IMG/VR virus record: IMGVR_UViG_3300032579_000006
Direction: 5' to 3' (one strand)
DNA from: a virus
Lineage: Duplodnaviria > Heunggongvirae > Uroviricota > Caudoviricetes
Length of the DNA stretch: 64,000 nt
Both the position numbers and the translations under genes were made by a program. Below, piece by piece: positions 58,501-64,000 of this stretch (the first letter of the stretch is position 1; the number at the start of each line of letters is the position of its first letter). The notes under the pieces were generated by a model. The model was not told the origin of the DNA and ran no database searches. It was given only the letters and a program-made list of their open reading frames with translations.

Positions 58501-59217
58501 GTTATGTCTGCAACTTATCGTCAAAATTCTAATATTACGCATGACGCATTAGAAAAAGATCCACGAAATTTTCTTCTAGAACGAGGACCACGTTTTAGAA
58601 TGCCAGCAGAAGTTATTCGTGATAATGCATTAGCTGCCTCTGGTCTGTTACTTAAGAAAGTGGGCGGAGATGCAGTATTCCCATATGCTCCAGATGCAAT
58701 TTGGGATGGTGTAGCGCAAGGTGCGGTTATTTATCCTACAAATGAACCGGATGATCAAATGCACAGACGATCTATGTATACCTATATAAAGCGGAACTCA
58801 CCAGTAGCCAACTTAGTACCGTTTGACATGCCAGATCGCTACAATGCACAAGTTCTACGTCCAGTGTCAACTACACCTCTGCAATCATTGGTTATGTTGA
58901 ATGACGTTCAATTTATGGAAGCTTATCGTAAGCTATCTGAAAGAGCAATCAAGTCTTCTGCAAATCAAGATCAACAACTGATAACGATGTTCCGTTTGGC
59001 TGTTCGGCGCCATCCAAATGATAATGAACTATCAGTATTGAGGAAATATCGTGTTGCTGAAATTAGCAGAATGCAGAATTCCCCTGATGAAGTAAAAAAG
59101 ATACTTTCTATGGGGGTTTCTCCTACCGATACTTCGATTGATCCGGCCCAACTCGCAGCAATGACTATGGTCACTGCAAGCGTCATGAATACCCCAGACG
59201 CATATACTTTGCACTAA
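55546..59217 (+). CDS. PSCyt1 (cytochrome c CxxCH) - DUF1549 - LamG - DUF1553 protein, lipoprotein signal
   Basis: LTLTAC lipobox. NCFACHGQG...LRLD is the PSCyt1 signature. [10 protein letters not shown]...[15 protein letters not shown] matches DUF1549. The LamG-like middle is GFVSNVKF...YFDG. [41 protein letters not shown] matches DUF1553. Confidence 0.8.
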   Translation: [1223 protein letters not shown]

Positions 59218-59228
59218 GAGGAATAAAC

Positions 59229-60692
59229 ATGAATAATGATCCAAATGAATTAATAAATTTTGCCCGCCGGTCACTTTTAGGCACGAGTATGGGATTGGGT
59301 GTGATAGCCGGCGCCGAATTATTAGGTGCTACCAAATCACAAGCAGCCAGTGCTGCACCTTCCAGCGAGACTGGCCCAGATTTAGGTAAGTTAACTACAG
59401 GTCAATTTCCAGCAAGAGCAAAGCGTGTAATTGACATTCACATGAAAGGAGCAGTATCCCAAATTGATACTTTTGATTATAAGCCAGAAGTTATCAAGCG
59501 CCATGGGCAAGAAATTCCACCTTCTGTAAAGGGTCATGGCAAAATATCATCAATGTCTAATGGACAAACTTCTTTCCCTCTTATGGGTCCTATTGCTCCA
59601 TATAAACAATATGGTCAATGTGGTCGTTGGGTTTCAGACCTAATGCCACATATAGGGTCTATATCAGATGATCTAACCTTCATTCATTCTATATGGACTC
59701 CCCAAGTTAATCACGATCCAGCAGACATTCTCATGCATACTGGGTTTCAATTAGCGGGCCGCCCTGCCGCTGGAGCATGGGTTAATTATGCATTAGGGAC
59801 TGATAACTCTAATCTCCCTTCATATGTAGTCATGAAATCTCAGTTCCAATCAGCAGGGGTTGGCGCTACTCAGGCTACTTGGTCAGCAGGATTTTTGCCC
59901 TCTAATCACCAAGGTGTTGAATTTCGTTCTGGTAATTCTCCTGTTCTTTATGTAAGCAATCCAGATGGCATTAGTCGTGAAGAACGAAGAAGTCAAATTG
60001 ATCTTATCGGTGAATTATCGCGCTATCAGTATCAGACGACCGATGACCCAGAAGTCTTAGCCAAAATTGCTCAATATGAAATGGCATATCGTATGCAAGA
60101 TTCTGTACCTGAGGTAACTGATCTATCTGATGAACCACAATATATACTCGATATGTATGGTCCTCAGGTTCATCAACCAGGTAGCTTTGCTCGCAATTGC
60201 CTATTAACACGTCGTCTTATTGAACGCGGTGTTAAGTATGTCAACCTAATTCAAGTTGGATGGGATCACCATAATGGTATTGCCCGCCGACATCCTAGTG
60301 ACTGTTGGGCAGTAGATCAGCCATCTGCTGCTTTGGTGACGGATTTAAAGCAGCGAGGACTTCTAGATGATACTCTTGTAACTTGGAAGGGTGAATTCGG
60401 TAGAACTGTATACGCGCAAGGAGGAATAAATCCAAACTGCGGGCGTGACCATCACGGAGGAAACTTTACGATGTGGATGGCCGGAGGCGGAACAAAACCT
60501 GGCATCGAATACGGCAAATCAGATGATTTCTCTTATAATGTTGTGGAAAATCCAGTAGAAGTTCACGATTTAAATGCTACTGTGTTATATCTTTTAGGAA
60601 TTGATCACAAACAACTTACATACCATTATCAAGGTAGAGATTTCCGTTTAACTGATACTGCAGGTAAAGTAGTTCAAGGAATAATTGCTTAA
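59229..60692 (+). CDS. DUF1501 (sulfatase-like superfamily) protein with twin-arginine signal
   Basis: RRSLLGTSMGLGVIAGA Tat motif. DUF1501 hallmarks FIHSIWTPQVNHDPA and GRDHHGGNFTMWMAGGGTKPG..YGKSDDF. Confidence 0.8.
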   Translation: MNNDPNELINFARRSLLGTSMGLGVIAGAELLGATKSQAASAAPSSETGPDLGKLTTGQFPARAKRVIDIHMKGAVSQIDTFDYKPEVIKRHGQEIPPSVKGHGKISSMSNGQTSFPLMGPIAPYKQYGQCGRWVSDLMPHIGSISDDLTFIHSIWTPQVNHDPADILMHTGFQLAGRPAAGAWVNYALGTDNSNLPSYVVMKSQFQSAGVGATQATWSAGFLPSNHQGVEFRSGNSPVLYVSNPDGISREERRSQIDLIGELSRYQYQTTDDPEVLAKIAQYEMAYRMQDSVPEVTDLSDEPQYILDMYGPQVHQPGSFARNCLLTRRLIERGVKYVNLIQVGWDHHNGIARRHPSDCWAVDQPSAALVTDLKQRGLLDDTLVTWKGEFGRTVYAQGGINPNCGRDHHGGNFTMWMAGGGTKPGIEYGKSDDFSYNVVENPVEVHDLNATVLYLLGIDHKQLTYHYQGRDFRLTDTAGKVVQGIIA

Positions 60693-60695
60693 GGC

Positions 60696-60724
60696 TTGAC
60701 ATTCAGCGTATATTATCGTATTAT
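60696..60724 (+). promoter_or_regulatory. sigma70-like promoter (TTGACA-17-TATTAT)
   Basis: Near-consensus hexamers with 17-nt spacing, reading toward the tRNA-like element. Confidence 0.4.
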
Positions 60725-60791
60725 TCGTTACATAAGAGTTATGCGCGCCTGAGGCTGAATGGTTTCACAAGAGTCTCTAAAGCTCAAGATT

Positions 60792-60819
60792 GCAGGTTCA
60801 AATCCTGTCGGGCCCGCCA
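60792..60819 (+). ncRNA. tRNA 3-prime portion only (T-arm GCAGG-TTCAAAT-CCTGT, acceptor 3-prime strand CGGGCCC, discriminator G, CCA); no matching 5-prime half
   Basis: A perfect tRNA T-arm and CCA end. The required 5-prime acceptor strand GGGCCCG (or a GU-tolerant variant) is absent in the 120 nt upstream. Confidence 0.45.
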
Positions 60820-60868
60820 CTCTTAAAATATATCTTGACTCCGTATACACCTTATAATAATGTGACTT

Positions 60869-61174
60869 ATGGACATGATCACACAAGAACTGAAATCGCT
60901 GCACGAGGAATTCACTTCCCGTGTTTTTCAACTGCGTCTGGTTGACGGTGTTCGACGTGATTGGGCAGTTTCTTGGGCTCTGCTGCAAGATCAAAGTCCC
61001 GACTATGCCGAATGCTATGTTCCTCCGATCTTTCCGATTAAAGGACAAGACCTGCTGGAAACTGGTATGAAGCCTGGCAAGGAAGTTGGTCAACGGCTGC
61101 AAGTCATGCGTGATGCTTGGGTTAAATCTCGTTTTACTATGACTAAGGAAGACCTGCTGTCCCATAATAATTGA
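60869..61174 (+). pseudogene. cca: C-terminal fragment of a CCA-adding enzyme / poly(A) polymerase family protein
   Basis: PIKGQDLLETGMKPGKEVGQRLQVMRDAWVKSRF...KEDLL parallels the C-terminal tRNA-binding region of bacterial CCA enzymes (e.g. ...NGKDLMQLGYKPGKQMGEILKKLEEAVLDGEI...). The nucleotidyltransferase head domain is missing. Confidence 0.45.
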
Positions 61175-61224
61175 CATATACTGCATTAAGTTGTAGTATA
61201 TGTCATTATTATAAAGGAGACATT

Positions 61225-61758
61225 ATGAGTGCTGACCTTCCTACGCTAGTCCCTAGCGTAGTCTTTAAGACTCGGGTTCGTGACGATAGTATCGAAGGAC
61301 CCAATCCATATCGCTGGCAAGAAGTAACTTCATTTGACTATTTCGCAGGAAAGCGAGTTGTGCTATTTGCGCTGCCTGGAGCATTTACCCCTACTTGCTC
61401 TACTTACCAACTTCCGGGTTTTGAAAATAACTATCAACAATTTAAGGATTTGGGTATTGACGAAATCTACTGCTTGTCAGTGAACGATTCGTTCGTCATG
61501 AACAAGTGGGCTCAAGACCAAAATCTAAAGAACGTTAAGGTTATTCCGGATGGTTCTGGTGAATTCACTAGCAAGATGAACATGCTTGTTGCTAAGGATA
61601 ATTTGGGTTTCGGTGTTCGTTCTTGGCGATATGCGGTAATCGTTGACAATGGACGCATTGAAAAGTGGTTTATTGAACCTGGCATCGAACACAATTGCGA
61701 TACGGATCCCTACGGTGAATCTTCACCTGAAAACATCCTCGTATATCTGAAAAACTAA
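61225..61758 (+). CDS. peroxiredoxin, Prx5-like (AhpC/TSA family)
   Basis: FALPGAFTPTCS peroxidatic Cys motif. AAAGGAGA SD 6 nt before the ATG. The ORF track start is 61171. Confidence 0.75.
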   Translation: MSADLPTLVPSVVFKTRVRDDSIEGPNPYRWQEVTSFDYFAGKRVVLFALPGAFTPTCSTYQLPGFENNYQQFKDLGIDEIYCLSVNDSFVMNKWAQDQNLKNVKVIPDGSGEFTSKMNMLVAKDNLGFGVRSWRYAVIVDNGRIEKWFIEPGIEHNCDTDPYGESSPENILVYLKN

Positions 61759-62286
61759 CAACCGCGGACAAGCTTCGCATAAAAAAAGAAGAGGAAACCC
61801 GCATCATCTTTCTCTACGGTAGTGCAATACATAAGGCACTAGAGCGCAATGAATTCCAACATACTCCTTTTAAAACTACGACAGGAGGATGCGGTAATCC
61901 ATGGGTAGTGTGTGATATGCTCGATAAGCAGGAAGTTGTATTTGCCCTATTGAAATACGATTTTCGAATCATGACGCCCAACGAACCTCTCTACAAAGAA
62001 TACGATAAACGAGCCAAAACACTAGATTACGATGAAGCAGATTGGATTGATGAAGATGAAGACCTGTAAAATTTTCGTACCAACCTAGGTTTTCCATCAA
62101 ATTAATAAGGCAATACGAGAATCGGGAATCAAACACCTGCCGTATCAAAAAAAGTTTGATGGGTACAACATTGAATTTATGACTAATGATCATCCTCTAA
62201 TTTGTTATCTTATTCTTAAATACGACGTGAAATATGAAATATGAAATATGAAATGTCATAAATATACACAGTATGAAAGATTCAGT

Positions 62287-63183
62287 ATGTCTGTAGTAAT
62301 TTTGACCAAAAGAGAAAAGGATTATGAGAATGCTCGTCTCCTAGAAAGTTTTGCCAACCAAGGTATAAACGTACAGTTTGCCAATCCAGAAAACTTTGAT
62401 TTAGTTGTTAGGCAAGGTATAGAAACTGGTATAAATTACAATGGATTGACCCTTGAGAAACCCAAACTTTTGTTGACTAGAACTGGATCAGGTACAAATG
62501 AGTTTGCAAGGGCTTTGATCAGACAGTTTGAAGAAGAAGGAACACCTTGTGTAAATTCCTCTGAGGGAATTGAGATTGCTAAAGATAAACTTAGAACATC
62601 ACAATTACTAGTGAGCAATGGAATTCCAATTCCAAATACGATGCTAGTTAGGTTTCCAGTTGAAGTTGATATTGTAGATAGAAATATTGGTTGGCCTTGC
62701 ATAGTAAAAGTGATTAGTGGAAGCTATGGTGAAGGTGTATATCTATGTGAAAGAAAAAAAGATTTCAAAAAGCTTATGGACTTCACTGATAGTCTAAAAA
62801 GTGCAAAAACCTTAATAGTACAAGAATACGTAGGACACCGCCCAGGTGAAGACCTCAGAGTGTTTGTTGTGGGCGGCAAGGTGATTGGGGCAATGAAACG
62901 TATTGCTCCAGTCGGTGACTTCCGTGCTAATATTTCAAATGGTGGTCACGGTGAAACATTTGAGGTCACCGACGAAATTGAATACATTGCGAGAGAGACT
63001 GCTAGAGTTTGCGGATTGCAAATTGCAGGGATAGACCTCTTGTTTGATGAAAACGGATTTAAAGTTTGTGAAGCAAACTCAGCTCCAGGCTTTGAGGGCT
63101 TCGAACGATATTGCAATATAAATGTAGCAGACCACATCGTAGGATTTGTTAACTTCAAGTTAAACGGGTTAACCCGCAATTGA
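62287..63183 (+). CDS. RimK-family ATP-grasp ligase (alpha-L-glutamate ligase-like)
   Basis: GSYGEGVYLCE...DLRVFVVGGKVIGAMKRI..GDFRANISNGG...EANSAPG ATP-grasp motifs. ATAAATA at about 62258. The ORF track start at 62248 lies inside a 7-mer tandem repeat. Confidence 0.7.
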   Translation: MSVVILTKREKDYENARLLESFANQGINVQFANPENFDLVVRQGIETGINYNGLTLEKPKLLLTRTGSGTNEFARALIRQFEEEGTPCVNSSEGIEIAKDKLRTSQLLVSNGIPIPNTMLVRFPVEVDIVDRNIGWPCIVKVISGSYGEGVYLCERKKDFKKLMDFTDSLKSAKTLIVQEYVGHRPGEDLRVFVVGGKVIGAMKRIAPVGDFRANISNGGHGETFEVTDEIEYIARETARVCGLQIAGIDLLFDENGFKVCEANSAPGFEGFERYCNINVADHIVGFVNFKLNGLTRN

Positions 63184-63206
63184 CACAAGTAAAATAAGGA
63201 ACTAAA

Positions 63207-63422
63207 ATGTCAAAGATGTATAAGAGTGAGGCTTCTTCTACGAAGGTAGATCACATTCAACCCATTACGGTTGAAAAACAAATCGAGCTACTTGAATCAA
63301 AGATTCGTAGACTAGCAGAGACAGTAGCTAATGTTCAGTCTGAGTTGGGCCTAATGCAGAGGCATTATCGCCGCCAAAAAACTGACATATCTAATTTAAA
63401 TACTGCTGTTCGCAATAGATAA
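63207..63422 (+). CDS. small coiled-coil protein
   Basis: 71-aa ORF with an AAGGA SD. Confidence 0.35.
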   Translation: MSKMYKSEASSTKVDHIQPITVEKQIELLESKIRRLAETVANVQSELGLMQRHYRRQKTDISNLNTAVRNR

Positions 63423-63445
63423 ATAAATTTGTAGCATGGTGCTTG

Positions 63446-63511
63446 CTCCTTGATAGCGTTAGAGTAGTTGGGATATTGTCGAGACATCCGTGAACTACAT
63501 TTTTATTTATC
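63446..63511 (-). repeat. conserved ~65-nt element, copy B (ATAAATAA box + GTAGTT/AACTAC hairpin + AAGGAG + ATG followed by only 13 codons)
   Basis: Aligns with 24187-24250. On the minus strand the ATG at 63436 opens MLQIYLSIANSSI, then a stop. Confidence 0.6.
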
Positions 63512-63518
63512 TTTGTTA

Positions 63519-63547
63519 TTGACAATGGTTTGATGCTACTATATTAT
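63519..63547 (+). promoter_or_regulatory. sigma70-like promoter (TTGACA-17-TATTAT) facing the GC-rich segment
   Basis: Same hexamers and spacing as the 60696 promoter. Confidence 0.45.
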
Positions 63548-63725
63548 AGATATGTCAATCAGACATTTATGATGGAGAAAAGCTATTTCATTTTATTTAA
63601 AATCGGGCACGAATTGGCGCGTTACTTCTAAGGATGCGATGGATTTGCATGAGCATCTTCCAGCAGGCAACTACACGGTTGGTCAGGACATGCAAGGTAA
63701 TTACGGGCTGGGCTGGTAAAAGAAA

Positions 63726-64000
63726 ATGAACACTACGACGACATGCACGGAATGTGGCAATGGCCACTATGAGGAGTACATCCTCCCGGAGCACCTGGAG
63801 GATGTCGGCGGAATTGAGGTGTGCCTGAAAAACACCGTCCACGTGCGTCGCTGCGCTGGATGTGCGGACGAGATGACCATGATCCCGGACATGCGGGGTC
63901 TAGTGCGGACGGTGGCTGTGGCTCGTTGCCTGCTGCCGATCAAACTGAACGCGGGTGATATGCGTCTGCTGCGCCGTGCTTTGGACATGACGCAAAAGGA
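63726..64000 (+). CDS. MqsA/YgiT-family antitoxin-like protein (zinc ribbon + HTH), 3-prime partial
   Basis: CTECGNGHYEE...VHVRRCAGCADEMT gives the two CxxC pairs of the YgiT zinc finger. LNAGDMRLLRRALDMTQKE matches the HTH_XRE start (LSQ/TQKE). The ORF runs off the window end. Local GC is about 57%. Confidence 0.55.
   Translation, partial: MNTTTTCTECGNGHYEEYILPEHLEDVGGIEVCLKNTVHVRRCAGCADEMTMIPDMRGLVRTVAVARCLLPIKLNAGDMRLLRRALDMTQK

Noticed and set aside
60735-60822. Complete tRNA gene
   Set aside because: The T-arm, acceptor 3-prime strand and CCA are perfect. No 5-prime acceptor strand complementary to CGGGCCC (even allowing GU pairs), no D-arm and no anticodon stem can be found in the upstream 120 nt. 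It is called a fragment only.
63565-63720. MqsR-type toxin upstream of the MqsA-like gene
   Set aside because: Only short interrupted frames are present (MMEKSYFILFKIGHELARYF stop; MRWICMSIFQQATTRLVRTCKVITGWAGKRK). There is no resemblance to MqsR/RelE-fold toxins, and the AT-to-GC junction falls inside this stretch.

Overview
This is an AT-rich (roughly 35-42% GC), densely coding window that is overwhelmingly bacteriophage-like. Most genes are on the + strand and are separated by short AT-rich spacers. The structural genes are T4-like. They include a contractile tail sheath (N- and C-termini recognisably gp18-like), a tail tube plus a tube-like paralog, a PAAR spike-tip protein, two long tail-fibre genes built from shared repeat modules with C-terminal intramolecular-chaperone (S74-type) domains, and probable baseplate proteins on the minus strand. 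The replication and nucleotide genes include a CHC2/Toprim primase, a DnaB-like helicase, a T4 gp1-like dNMP kinase, and a class I ribonucleotide reductase (nrdA with ATP cone, nrdB, glutaredoxin). Auxiliary genes include peptide deformylase, two MazG-type pyrophosphohydrolases, a Nudix hydrolase, a Prx5-type peroxiredoxin and a RimK-like ATP-grasp ligase. Six homing-endonuclease genes are present (five HNH, one frameshifted, and one GIY-YIG). The nrdA gene is fractured. Its N-extein ends in an N-intein half (TGDHRVFTKNRGYVRADEL motif). A free-standing HNH gene follows. A separate ORF then begins with a C-intein half (NILVHN|C) fused to the nrdA C-extein; splicing would restore the SNLCEILLP active site. 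This is a split-intein arrangement closely resembling the metagenomic NrdJ-1 split intein. There is an unexpected block at 52.7-60.7 kb that encodes only exported or lipoprotein products. These are a DNA/RNA non-specific nuclease with a signal peptide, an SPFH lipoprotein, a small lipoprotein, a PSCyt1 (CxxCH)-DUF1549-LamG-DUF1553 lipoprotein, and a Tat-signal DUF1501 protein. The last two form a gene pair characteristic of Planctomycetes/Verrucomicrobia. After this block come a tRNA 3-prime fragment with no 5-prime half, a C-terminal fragment of a CCA-adding enzyme, the peroxiredoxin and the RimK homolog. At about 63.6 kb there is an abrupt shift to GC-rich DNA carrying a partial MqsA/YgiT-like antitoxin gene. 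Recurrent ATAAATA (T4 late-promoter-like) motifs are found upstream of many genes. Several of these lie exactly 5-6 nt before an ATG with no Shine-Dalgarno sequence, which predicts leaderless mRNAs. Other regulatory features include a uORF-plus-hairpin translational coupling device, hairpins occluding the RBS or start of HNH genes, and a ~65-nt conserved element present twice (24.2 kb and 63.5 kb). No CRISPR array, rRNA or complete tRNA was found. All coordinates for motifs are read from the printed sequence and may be off by a few nt.
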